DNA of 64,000 nucleotides from Octopus sinensis (lineage: Eukaryota). This document shows positions 26,008 through 38,213 of this stretch, piece after piece. The stretch spans positions 18,724,001-18,788,000 of the forward strand of contig NC_043006.1 of the NCBI RefSeq assembly GCF_006345805.1, read 5' to 3'. The translations under genes were made by a program, and so were the position numbers. The notes below the pieces were generated by a model. It saw only the letters and a program-made list of their open reading frames with translations. It was not told where the DNA came from and did not search any database. Numbering within the stretch: the stretch's first letter is position 1; every line of letters begins with the position of its first letter.

Positions 26008-26633
26008 AAAGCGGTGAGCTGGCAGAATTGTTACAACACCGGGCGAAATGATTTGCAATATTTCGTCTGTCGCTACGCCCTGAATTCAAATTCTGCCGAG
26101 CTTTACTTTCATCCTTCCGAGATCGATTAAATAAGTACCAGTTATGCACTGGGCTCGATGTAGTTAACACAAATCCCTCCCCTACAGGCCTTGTGCCTAC
26201 GGTAGAAAGGATTATCATTATGATTACTCTTTTCTTCTCTAGGCAGAGGCCTGAAATTTTGGGGGAGGGGGATCAGTCGATTAGATCAACCCCAGTACGA
26301 AACAGGTACTTAATTCATTGACCCTGAAAGGATGGCAGGCAAAGACGACCTCGGCGGAATTTGAACATAGAACGTAAAGACAGACGAAATACCTATTTCT
26401 TTATTACCCACAAGGGGCTAAACATAGAGAGGACAAACAAGAACACACAAACGGATTATGTCGATTATATCGATCCCCCCCCCCAGTGCGTAACTGGTAC
26501 TTATTTAATCAACCCCGAAAGGATGAAAGGCAAAGTCGACCTCGGCGGAATTTGAACTCAGAACGTAACGGCAGACGAAATACCGCTTAGCATTTCGCCT
26601 GGCAAGTTAAAGTTTCTGCCAGCTCGCCGCCTT
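26008..26633. mobile_element. Cluster of three SINE copies or fragments in both orientations
   Basis: About 26008-26215 (+), 26240-26393 (-) and 26394-26633 (-), all related to the 235-bp family. Confidence 0.8.
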
Positions 26634-26635
26634 TA

Positions 26636-26683
<48 letters not shown>

Positions 26684-27101
26684 GCAGAAGCAGCAACATC
26701 AGTAGCATCTTTATCCTGAAGCCATAAAGAAATTCTTAAAGTTTTATACCGGATTTTCAAATGGAACCAATTAGTCTACAGTTACATTATTTGAAACGTA
26801 TTTGAAAAGCCTATACAGTTACAACAATAATGACCTAACAGAAACAACCTAATTTCTCATTTCTTATATCTTTTCTTTTCTTCTTCTTGCCTATCATTAC
26901 AGTAACATTTCCGTGTATTGACAATTGACACCTTTCTCATCAGCAGCTGCTTTAAAAATTCGTTAATCCGGTTTTTTAAGCTTTTGTAACCGAGCTCTTT
27001 CATACGAAGCATATATATGTTGACATTATAGATAAGAAATTTGTTACTATGTAATCGTGTAATTTGAATTGTAGACCATCTTTGCTATACCAATCTACTA
27101 A

Positions 27102-27622
27102 CGTGAAGGTGCGTAGCTTAGTGTTTAGGGTGTTAGACTCATCGATTGTAAGATTGTGGTTTCGATTCCTGGACCGGGCGACGCGTAGTGTTCTTGAGCA
27201 AAACACTTCATTTCACGTTGTTCCAGTCCATTCAGATGACAAAAATGAGGAATCCTGCGACGGACCGGTGTCCCGTCAAGGTAGGCAATATATACACTAT
27301 GGAAAACGAAGCAAAAAGCCGGCCCTTATGGGTCGGTATGACTCGAGAAGGCAACTTCACCTTTTTAGTGGAGGCGCGTGGTTTAATGGATAGGGTGTTG
27401 GACTCATTATCGTAAGATTGTGGTTTTGATTCTAAGACTGGGTGATGCGTTGTGTTTTTGAGTCAAAGATTTCATTTCCCGTTGCTCCAGTCCACACAGC
27501 TGGCAAAAATGAATAATCTTGCGACGAACCGGTGTCCTGTAAAGGTGGGGAATTTATACGCTATAGAAACCGGGAAACCAGCCCTTATGAGTCGACATAA
27601 CTGAAGAAGGTAACTTTACCTT
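27102..27622 (+). mobile_element. Diverged head-to-tail SINE dimer
   Basis: Two units of about 260 bp (27102-27362, 27368-27622), each with a tRNA-like head and a TGCGACG.ACCGGTGTCC central motif. Confidence 0.8.
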
Positions 27623-27797
27623 TACTTATCTACTAACCTTCAAAATTATTTTCGCAAGATGCGATCTGGAAGACTCGTTGCGGTTTGTTCATGTCTACAT
27701 AGACTCATTAGGGAAATCCAATGAATAACTGTGTCACACAGTTGGGAACCTCAGATCAGGTATCCGAACTATTGCAATTTCCTCTCCTATTGTCTAG

Positions 27798-28141
27798 ACT
27801 CACATAGTCGCAGCGTGCAGCAAAGATAACGTTTTATCCTCCAACTATATGCCTGGAGATATCTGGTATTCGCTCACCCACACGGCTGAGCCATTGACGG
27901 ATACAGGTATGGCGAGATGTAGAACTTCCCGTAATAAAATCATATCCACCGCCCGATCCTGACTGATTTTGTAATACGTACAACTCATAACAGCCGAAGA
28001 TGGATGCGGATGCTCGTACCTCGGAGATACCGGTCTTACTGTTGATTACAACAGGTATATCTAGAAATCTGAAATCTTTGAACACGAGGCCTTACTTCCA
28101 AGACGATTCCATTCCAGATTCACCCGCGCTGGATACAAATG
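27798..28141 (+). CDS. Candidate three-exon segment of an unidentified gene (27798-27906, 27994-28054, 28118-28141)
   Basis: GT-AG introns of 87 and 63 nt with compatible phases give THIVAACSKDNVLSSNYMPGDIWYSLTHTAEPLTDTAEDGCGCSYLGDTGLTVDYNRFTRAGYKW. No family recognised. Confidence 0.35.
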
Positions 28142-30568
28142 GTAAATCGTGGAGAAGAAGAAGAAGAAGAAGAGAAGAAGAAGAAGAACCGTAAACAATA
28201 AAGAACATGATCAAGTCAATTGTGTAAGCGCCTTTGTGCTTCTAGTGAGCGACGCGATTTACTATTTATACTGTCTAAACAATTTACTACTTTCTCAGTT
28301 TAAATTATTATTTTCCCGAAAACGATTAAGATTCATGTGTAGATTGTTAAAAGCGAGATAGCAAAACTAGCAGACAAAACAGAAATATCCCCCAACGGCA
28401 TGAAATATAACGCATTGCACGTGAGATAATGGCAAATCAAGATAGGTTTTAAAAATAGCTAAAACATTGAGGAAGAATTAGCAAAAACGATCAGGCTGCA
28501 TTTCGTTTTTAATGTATCTATTAATGTATCTGTAAAATAAACAAATAAAAAAAAATATTGTGTAAAGTAATTTTTGCTTTCATAGCGTATACCAATTTCC
28601 CGCGATCGTTTTAGTGACTTGCGTGACTTATAATCTCGAAGGAACATTTTGTGAACATTCGCCTTGCTAGGAATACTAATCACACTTCTCTCAAATCATA
28701 CTTTATCGTCTTAAAGAAAGGGGAAAACGCATTGAATGATGAGTCAGTAAACGACGGGATGGTCACCGTCGATATAGCTTTGAATATTTATCTTTTCAAG
28801 TAGGGGTTACTTTAATCTCGGTCGTCCATAATGTTTTTTCTTACCTCTAAAATAGATCCTTTACGTGTAGCTCAGAGCTCAGCTGGTACTTATTTTATCG
28901 ACTTCAGAAGGATGAAAGACAAAGTAGTCATCAGCGGAATTTAAACACCGAATGTACAGAACCAGAAGAAATGCTGCTCAGCATTTTGTTCAACGTGTTA
29001 ATGATTCTGCCGGCTGACCGATGTGCTCACCGTTTCAAATTGTACTGTTGTACTATTAACGGATTCATCAGTTCGTGGAGGTAGCTTTGACTGAAGCAAC
29101 AAACACTAAGGTCGAAACACCGCGATATTTCAAAATCCCCTTTCAACATTGTATCAAGTGTTATGAACACACTTTGTCAAAAGAAAGATATTCTCCTATT
29201 ACGAAAAGCAATAATAATCAGCGATTCGCATTTGAACCTGCCAGAATGTATTGATAGTGAACAGATATATTACTGATGTCATATATCGTCTTATAGGAAA
29301 GTTATATAGGGATGTCAGATAGAGATGTATAGTGATGTCTTATAGGGATCTTATATATAACTTTATAGGAATGTCACACAAGCATATCACATGCAAATTT
29401 ATAGTGGTATTATGTAAGTGGTATATAGTGGCTCAGTTCCATCTTAGCGTGATGACATACGTTTCACTGAATATAATACAAAAACGTAAACCCTTATACT
29501 TTATTACACATTACCATATGTTGTATAATTTTATGAAAACCGAAGTTATTCGAATGATTATGTATTTTTAAAAGCGTTTAGCCAGTAAGGGAAGAGCAGG
29601 ACCTATGACCCTATATTTTATAAGGAATACCAAAACTGCTATTAGGATGCTGGTGCAATTTAACTTCAAACTGGACACCTGGACCGAATGCTTGAAATAG
29701 AGTAATCTTTAGTAAAGAAGATGATTACCAAGGACCGTGTGGTGGTGTTAAACGGGGCACAGTTTAAGTATATCACTCAATAGCTCAGAATGAAAAGAGT
29801 CGAAAAAATACCGCAAAGCATATCGTCTAACGCTCTAACAATCTGATCAACCCATCATCTTGGAAACATCCTTTATCGAACGTGAAATGAAGTAAGGTTG
29901 ACCTCGACTAGATATGAATAAAAGTACAGAATAGATAACACAAATAATTATCTCTGCTGAAGCGACTCTGTCATGTGTTAACGTTAAGTTGTTCTTCAAA
30001 GGTCTTCTGTTTATCCCTCTTCACTGACGCTGCACTACTATTTGTGTTTGAAATAATTAGCCTACGGTCTAAACTTTAAAATGGATATCATCAGACCGTT
30101 AAGCTTATCCCCGAGAGCAGCTATTGAATTATACAGTAGAGGGTGCACATAGCAAACCTTTCGAAGTGTGGTTTAAAGAAACCAGAGCTCTACCAATTTA
30201 AGATCCTACACAGGGACAACTAAAATACTAATCACTAAGGATGCCATTTCATTTAGAATTGATATTCACAGTTGTTCGCCAAAAATATTAACAGTTGGTT
30301 ACGAATAATTTATTTGCTAGAGAAATTATTCGTTGACTTCGTCTGCTGAGAATATAAATTGGAAGAAACATCTGAAAATACTGAAGAAGAGCAGGTTATG
30401 AAGCCGAATGAATAATTAGTAATCGATTTTCTACATTAGACTTTATAAGTCTTCCAATATAAGTTATAATCTAGTTTAGCAAGCAGATGTGTGCAGAAAA
30501 CTTAAATGACCTTTAAACAGCGTAGCAGAAGTACGGTAAACCGATTATATATTTGACGTTTAAGCTGG

Positions 30569-30712
30569 ACTAGAATATACACAGACTATAAGAATACTGA
30601 GAAAATGAGTGATAGAGTAAGAGAGACAGGTAGTGAAAATACTAGAATATACACAGACTATAAGAATACTGAGAAAATGAGTGATAGAGTAAGAGAGACA
30701 GGTAGTGAAAAT
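30569..30712. repeat. Perfect 72-bp tandem duplication
   Basis: ACTAGAATATACACAG...GGTAGTGAAAAT at 30569-30640 and 30641-30712. Confidence 0.95.
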
Positions 30713-31800
30713 ACCTGTCAATTTAGTCCTACCAATTTTCAACGAACGGTTTAACACCACAACCTCGCCCGTGGTTGCATTTAGCAAAATTTCTAATGTT
30801 GAAAGCACGCATAAGTGGTAGGTTCTTTCCTTGTTCGCGTTGTTATAAACATTGACTGCACATGTAAAAGTTATTCACCAGCTGAATCAACTTCATCAGT
30901 GAGAAAGTGCTTGGAAAGGTCATAGGCATTGCCTTTATTCTCCCGATTGACAATATAAAAGTGGTGAATGAACAGAACGAACAAAGACATAACTACAATA
31001 GAAACAGCGTAGGTATTACTATCGTGGACCTGATTCAGTCAAGTCTGTAATAGCGCTGAACACAAGCAAACTAAATTTACCAAACAATTTAATATCTACA
31101 GCACTGCGTGTCATTGTATCAGATTCGTCAATTAATATATAATGGGTAATTCACATCAGCAAATTAAACTTAGCAAATAATTAAATATCTGCAATATAGA
31201 ATGTCATTGTTTCAGATTTGTTAACGATATTCTTATTAGCATCCGGCGATTTTCTGAAATTTAGTTTAGAATATGTCATAGAGTTTCAATATTACATGAT
31301 AAACAATAACACCTTAGGTTATAAGTTACATAATGAATCTTTTCAAATAGTTACATAATGTACTGTAATAGAATAACTTCTTCATTAGATTTTCATGTTT
31401 CCTTATTCAAAGAATAATGGTATGAATGCCAAAAGTTAATTTTCGTTTTTGGAATCGAAGAAATGTCTGATATATGTAGCTATTACTTTTTTTCACTTGT
31501 TTCAGTTATTAGAATGAGGCCATGCAGGCGTACCGCCCCGGATAATATTTAGTCGAATGAAACAACATGAGTATTTATTTAATTTTAAGCATGATACATT
31601 CTATCAGTCTATTTTGCCAAACTGCTAAATTACGGGGATTAAATAAACCAATACCGGTTCTCAAGCGATGGTGGGCGGCAAACACACAAAGACACACACA
31701 GTCAAAACGTCATTGGAGAAGTGTGTCAACACTTTCTTTCTTTTTAACTTCCCCTGCTCTGCTGTTGGAAGACAGCAAAAAGTGTTTAAAGATTAATTGT

Positions 31801-31810
31801 CCCCGCCCAC
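31801..31810. promoter_or_regulatory. GC-box-like motif upstream of a low-complexity ORF
   Basis: CCCCGCCCAC in an otherwise AT-rich window, followed by a GA tract and a CACGTG motif. Confidence 0.25.
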
Positions 31811-31938
31811 TCCACGCCTAGTGAGAGAGAGAGAGGGGCGACCAAAGTCTTCCTAGCACGTGCAACGCTGAGCAACAGAAAGAAAAAAAAGAAAGGACAC
31901 GCGAGAAAGAAGAGGAAAAGAGCAAGGAAATTCTGCTA

Positions 31939-32097
31939 ATGGACTCTGCTAGCGACGCAACTCCTGTAAATCCAAGTCCTCCCACTACCACCACTAACAC
32001 TAACACATTGAACACCCAACAACAACAACAACACCAACAGCAACAACACAATTCATTAAACTGCCGAGGTTTTGCTTCAATAGTTATTTTCAAATGA
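31939..32097 (+). CDS. Candidate first exon or short ORF with poly-T/poly-Q (52 aa)
   Basis: MDSASDATPVNPSPPTTTTNTNTLNTQQQQQHQQQQHNSLNCRGFASIVIFK*. The upstream in-frame region is also open and rich in K/E. Confidence 0.35.
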   Translation: MDSASDATPVNPSPPTTTTNTNTLNTQQQQQHQQQQHNSLNCRGFASIVIFK

Positions 32098-32260
32098 CTG
32101 AAAAAAACTATAAGCATAAAAAGAATGCGTGAAAATCGTTCCGTTCCACTGAACCAAGAAGGTTCTCTGAATATGTACGATGTATTTTAAGGCTAAATAG
32201 TAATTCTGTATACGTTTGCGTCACAGATATTTCGGCTGGATTATATAGTTATCGGTTTTA

Positions 32261-33693
32261 AGGCGGCGAGTTGGCAGAAACGTTAGCACGCCGGGCGAAA
32301 TGCGTAGCCGTACTTCGTCTGCCGTTACGTTCTGAGTTCAAATTCCGCCGAGGTCGACTTTGCCTTTCATCCTTTCGGGGTCGATAAATTAAGTACCAGT
32401 TACGCACTGGGTCGATATAATCGACTTACTCTGTTTGTCTGTCGTTGTTTGTCCCCTCTGTGTTTAGCCCCTTGTGGGTAGTAAAGAAATAGGTTTTAAG
32501 GCGGCGAGTTGGCAGAAACGTTAGCACGCCGGGCGAAATGCGTAGCCGTACTTCGTCTGCCGTTACGTTCTGAGTTCAAATTCCGCCGAGGTCGACTTTG
32601 CCTTTCATCCTTTCGGGGTCGATAAATTAAGTACTAGTTACGCACTGGGTCGATATAATCGACTTACTCTGTTTGTCTGTCGTTGTTTGTCCCCTCTGTG
32701 TTTAGCCCCTTGTGGGTAGTAAAGAAATAGGTTTTAAGGCGGCGAGTTGGCAGAAACGTTAGCACGCCGGGCGAAATGCGTAGCCGTACTTCGTCTGCCG
32801 TTACGTTCTGAGTTCAAATTCTGCCGAGGTCGACTTTGCCTTTCATCCTTTCGGGGTCGATAAATTAAGTACCAGTTACGCACTGGGTCGATATAATCGA
32901 CTTACTCTGTTTGTCTGTCGTTGTTTGTCCCCTCTGTGTTTAGCCCCTTGTGGGTAGTAAAGAAATAGGTTTTAAGGCGGCGAGTTGGCAGAAACGTTAG
33001 CACGCCGGCGAAATGCGTAGCCGTACTTCGTCTGCCGTTACGTTCTGAGTTCAAATTCCGCCGAGGTCGACTTTGCCTTTCATCCTTTCGGGGTCGATAA
33101 ATTAAGTACCAGTTACGCACTGGGTCGATATAATCGACTTACTCTGTTTGTCTGTCGTTGTTTGTCCCCTCTGTGTTTAGCCCCTTGTGGGTAGTAAAGA
33201 AATAGGTTTTAAGGCGGCGAGTTGGCAGAAACGTTAGCACGCCGGGCGAAATGCGTAGCCGTACTTCGTCTGCCGTTACGTTCTGAGTTCAAATTCCGCC
33301 GAGGTTGACTTTGCCTTTCATCCTTTCGGGGTCGATAAATTAAGTACTAGTTACGCACTGGGGTCGATGTAATCGACTTAATCCATTTGTCTGTCGTTGT
33401 TTGTCCCCTCTGTGTTTAGCCTCTTGTGGGTAGTAAAGAAATATATATAGTTATCGGTTTTAAGGCCTTGAGCTGGCAGAAACGTTAGCACGCCGGGCGA
33501 AATGCGTAGCCGTACTTCGTCTGCCGTTACGTTCTGAGTTCAAATTCCGCCGAGGTTGACTTGGCCTTTCATCCTTTCGGGGTCGATAAATTAAGTACTA
33601 GTTACGCACTGGGGTCGATGTAATCGACTTAATCCGTTTGTCTGTCCTTGTTTGTCCCCTCTATGTTTAGCCCCTTGTGGGTAGTAAAGAAAT
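32261..33693 (+). mobile_element. Six-copy tandem array of a tRNA-derived SINE
   Basis: Units start at 32261, 32499, 32737, 32975, 33212 and 33463. A/B-box-like motifs TGGCAGAAACGTTAG and GAGTTCAAATTCC. A 17-bp TSD occurs three times. Confidence 0.95.
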
Positions 33694-34642
33694 ATATAGT
33701 TATCGGTTTTGTACCTTTTTAATATTCTGTAACTGTCGCAATATACTTTTCTACTATAGGCACAAGTCCTGAAGTTATAAGAGCGGGCACGTTAAGTACC
33801 AGTTTCCTAGAGATAAGAGTCAAAATGCTCAAACAAGCCACCAAACTTACTAAAAATCATAACAGAGCAACAGAAATCAGGCAAAAGTGTAGAGAAAATA
33901 TAACATTTTAGCTAGGCTAAAAGCTGTAGAATTACCCAAGAAATATACCTGTATCATGATTTTGAATTCTGGATTTCTTCCTCAATTCGTCGAAGAAGGT
34001 CTTACTAAATACCCAGTGTTATATATGTATATGACAGTGTTGTTTCAGTTTCCGATAACAAATCCACTCACAAAATTTGGTCGGCCCGAAGCTATAGTAG
34101 AAGACACTTGCACAAGATGCAACGCAGTGGAACTGAACTCAGAATCATGTGGTTGAGAAACAAGATTCTTATCACATAGCCACGCTATGCATATTAGTTA
34201 TTATAGCTCTCTGGTTCGAAATCATCTTCAGATGAACTTGATAGTTTTATTGCATTTTTCTAAAGTATTTATGTTTTATATTTACCTATTTATTTTATGA
34301 CATAATTTTGGGACATCAGCATCGATGCTTCTGATTTGCAAATTATCGATCACAGTCACTGATTCACAGTATTTCTAACGGTGAGAATGTGGAAATGAAA
34401 ATAGGTAACCCAGTGTAGGACGAATATTCCGGTATTTCTCTAATCTCCGCAATGCTTACTCCAGGCAGGAGCAAGCTTTGCCGAGAAGCGGGCTGCATGA
34501 GACATTGCTCATCATTAAGTTGGCTGTACTTATAAAAGTTTCGAGATGATTTTTCGATGTGTGTGCCATTCAGAAAGTCCCTAGCTTGCATGCTTCCCGT
34601 AGGTCGTGTCTGTCCTATGACTGGTTTATACCTTTGACTACA

Positions 34643-35029
34643 GTGGAGGCGCAATGGCCCAGTGGTTAGGGCAGCGGACTCGCGGTCATAGGATCGCGGT
34701 TTCGATTCCCAGACCGGGCGCTGTGAGTGTTTATTGAGCGAAAACACCTAAAGATCCACGAGGCTCCGGCAGGGGATGGTGGTGATCCCTGCTGTACTCT
34801 TTCACCACAACTTTCTCTCACTCTTACTTCCTGTTTCTGTTGTACCTGTATTTCAAAAGGGCCGACCTTGTCACTCTCTGTGTCACGCTGAATATCCCCG
34901 AGAACTACGTTAAGGGTGCACATGTCTGTGGAGTGCTCAGCCACTTACACGTTAATTTCACGAGCAGGCTGTTCCGTTGATTCGGATCAACCGGAACCCT
35001 CGTCGTCGTAACCGACGGAGTGCTTCCAC
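34643..35029 (+). mobile_element. Full-length about 385-bp tRNA-derived SINE
   Basis: A box TGGCCCAGTGG, B box GGTTTCGATTCC. Exact 14-bp TSD TTATACCTTTGACT at 34626-34639 and 35030-35043. Confidence 0.95.
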
Positions 35030-35900
35030 TTATACCTTTGACTGATATGTACACTGATAAATGAAATAACGGCGCGCAAAGCAAAACAAACAAGCACACA
35101 TTCACATGTATACATATATGCATACATGCTGAGGTGCGTGCACGTACACATACTCGTGCGCATACACATTTGCGAACGCAAACATATTTGTGCATACACA
35201 TTCATATTTTTATCACGAGAACTGATGCACATATAAGAGAAACTTGGAGTATTGATGGAGCGAATAATTTTCGAATGAATGAATGATTGTATAAACACTA
35301 CTTTGTACTTTTGGTATTTCGCATCTTGTGCTTTTGGTATTTCGCCACCAAATACAATTATCTTTAAATTATTTTTAATGTATCATATAAATGTAATTTT
35401 TAACGCTGAATCCGAATTTGTTATTCATTTATTCCAGGAAAATTTTGCAAAGATTTTAGAGGTGTTCAAAGTTTGATAATTTTCAGAACTTTCAGCCAGT
35501 CAGAAAACAGCGCGGTCGCTGCCTCTTCCATCATCAGTCGCGGGTGGGAACATCGGCATGTCAAAACCTTGTAAAAAATAACTGTCAACATATTAAAATA
35601 TACACGAATGAAGTTAGCATTAATTCGCGAGCTAATTAAATATTTAAAAGCAACGAACGAACGAACCAACAGGGGTTGCTAGAAATAACAGTCCCAACAT
35701 TGTTTAAACATATTCGTTTTAAAAATTCAGGAGCGAAAGTTTACAAAACACTCAAGGATTTTATAAAATAAACTAGCTGGACTCGTGCCGTCGAAAATAA
35801 CGGCTAATGGTAGGGTGCGTGGATTCCACTGAGGCTAATCGACGTCTTGTTGATGGATATCGACAAAACCATCTCTTTAAAATACTGGCCTTATGCCTAA

Positions 35901-35931
<31 letters not shown>

Positions 35932-36008
35932 TGTTTATTATGATCATGATCATGATCATCATGGTCATGATGATGATGATGATCACTATTATTTACATGT
36001 TTCCCATG

Positions 36009-36078
<70 letters not shown>

Positions 36079-36079
<1 letters not shown>

Positions 36080-36580
36080 GGTCTTCCTTCTTTCCTCGAA
36101 TTTTGTTCCGTTTCTCGCCGAGTGTTTTCCATACACCTAGGGCAGAGAAGAGCATTGTATGCATTCCCAGATTACACGCGCAAATACGCAGATAAAATAT
36201 GTATTTGAAAATCAATAAATAAATAAATTCATGGATGGATGTTATTTTCACAGCGATAGTGCTCTTCTCAGTGCATGAGCCGTTCCAGTTAATACGATTT
36301 TTTGCACTTCCTGTAGGGATGGTGAGCCTGGAATCATTTTCAAATAGGTTTCAGTACCTTTTTTTTTATCATTCCTAGAGATCCTACAATCACTTGTACT
36401 GTAGTCGCCTTCAGATGCCACATTTTTTCAGTTTCTATTCACAGGTCTTTGTATTTACTAATCTTGTCAAATTCTTTCGCCGCTATATTGTGATCACAGG
36501 GAATATTCATGTCAATTAATAAGCACATCCTTTTTGTCTGATCTTTTATAATAATATCCGGCTAATTAGCTTTTATAGTC
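36079..36580 (-). mobile_element. R4/Dong-like LINE 3' fragment (subfamily C)
   Basis: Minus-strand PDIIIKDQTKRMCLLIDMNIP..KISKYKDL REL motif and a GTAHALRRALSL* end; (ATT)n on both sides. Confidence 0.88.
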
Positions 36581-36661
<81 letters not shown>

Positions 36662-36673
36662 TTCATTATTATT

Positions 36674-37163
36674 GAGTGAGAGATCAGTGAATGCCATCAA
36701 AGAGACACTGGGGTATCCAGTATGATTACCTGTCTGATTGGGGGCACCAGGCACATGCATCACAATTATATGTGCGCAACATGGTGATCCTATATCAAGA
36801 TAAACAACGCATGACCTTGCAGGTGGAGCCCAGTTAGAATTTTCTTCAGGTCGAGTAGCCCATCCCGTTCAAAAGGTCCGTGAATAAGGTTTGTTTAATC
36901 ATGTTGAACCAAAAATCCATGTTTCCTAAAGTGAATTATTTACATTCCAAATTGTTTTAACTCTTCTTTCTAGCAATACTGATGCTGACTAGTGCCCTCA
37001 GCCATGACTTCGATGCTCCCCCGCTACTTCTGCTCATGATCAGAGTTGCACATGTCGTCAACCCTTAAGGGACATGCTCAACTGGTTATGGTTAAACAAC
37101 TGACATGCAAATCTGTGATGTTGAGCAGAATATTTACTGTAGCCCATCTTTTATACCAAGACA
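36674..37163 (-). mobile_element. 554-bp element, slightly 5'-truncated and diverged copy
   Basis: Reverse complement of about 12355-12830, flanked by (ATT)n. Confidence 0.88.
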
Positions 37164-37223
<60 letters not shown>

Positions 37224-37226
<3 letters not shown>

Positions 37227-37669
37227 TAGTTTTATTTTTATAGCGTGCTTTCACTTCACTACCGAGCGCAGCTCTGTGTGCCTTGGGTATGTGCTGTGAT
37301 TTGTTGTGATGCTCTGATGGTTATTGTTTGGAAAGTGTTCTGCGTAGGATGTGTGCAGTGCCTAGTAGTGCAATTTTCTGTATGTTATATGTGTTTGTAA
37401 GTCCTGGTGTTTTTGTTATGTATTTGTCTGAATATTTTTTTATCATGCCTAATGCACCTACTATGATAGGAATTGTTTCTGTTTTCAGATTCCACATTCT
37501 AGTTACCTCTATTTCCAGGTCTTTGTATTTTGAGAGTTTCTTCATTTCTTTTAGAGACACGTTGTCATCAGCCGGTATTGATACATCAATTAGAAGGCAT
37601 TTTTTTTCTTCATGATCTCTGACAACTATATCTGGTCTGTTGGCCTTAATTTCTCTATCTGTGTGTATC
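37224..37669 (-). mobile_element. R4/Dong-like LINE 3' fragment (subfamily B), young
   Basis: ORF 37321..37560 is nearly the same as 13815..14120, with the same 3' UTR. Confidence 0.93.
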
Positions 37670-37680
37670 TCTATCTGTGT

Positions 37681-37742
<62 letters not shown>

Positions 37743-37827
37743 GGTGTTGTTGTTGCTGTTGTTGATGTTGTTGTTATTATTATTATATTATCATTATCAT
37801 TCTTGTTATTATAATCATTATCATTAA

Positions 37828-37867
<40 letters not shown>

Positions 37868-38213
37868 GAGTGAGCGAGCAGAGCATGCCATCGAAGTGAC
37901 ACTGGGGTAAAATATACGAAGCCCAGTATACCCATCATGACTACTCGTCTGATAAGGGTACACCAGGTACATGCATCACAACCATATGTGCGCGACATGG
38001 TGATCTCATATCAAGATAAACAGCACATGACCTTGCAGGTGGAGCCCAGTTAGAATTTTCTTCAGATCGAGTAACCCATCCCGCTCAAAAGGTCCCTGAA
38101 TAAGGCTTGTTTAAGGATGTTGAACGAAACACCCATGTTTCCAGAGGTGAATTATTCAAACCCCAAAGAATCCTTCTCAACACATGGCTATGATGCTCCC
38201 CCACTACTTCTGC
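37868..38213 (-). mobile_element. 554-bp element, 5'-truncated copy
   Basis: Reverse complement of about 12485-12830; 3' end abuts (ATT)n. Confidence 0.9.

Noticed and set aside
30730-30790. Cadherin-like motif NATTGEVVV
   Set aside because: No DRE, DxNDN or other cadherin motifs in frame; too short to assign.
31818-32117. Cys-rich minus-strand ORF (CCCCWCCCCCW)
   Set aside because: It is the antisense reading of the CAA/CAG repeat, not a metallothionein-like protein.
32261-33693. CRISPR-like regular array
   Set aside because: Units are whole 238-bp SINE copies with no unique spacers; no cas genes; eukaryotic context.
34643-34720. tRNA gene
   Set aside because: A and B boxes are present, but the sequence continues as a SINE body bounded by TSDs; this applies to all tRNA-like heads in the window.
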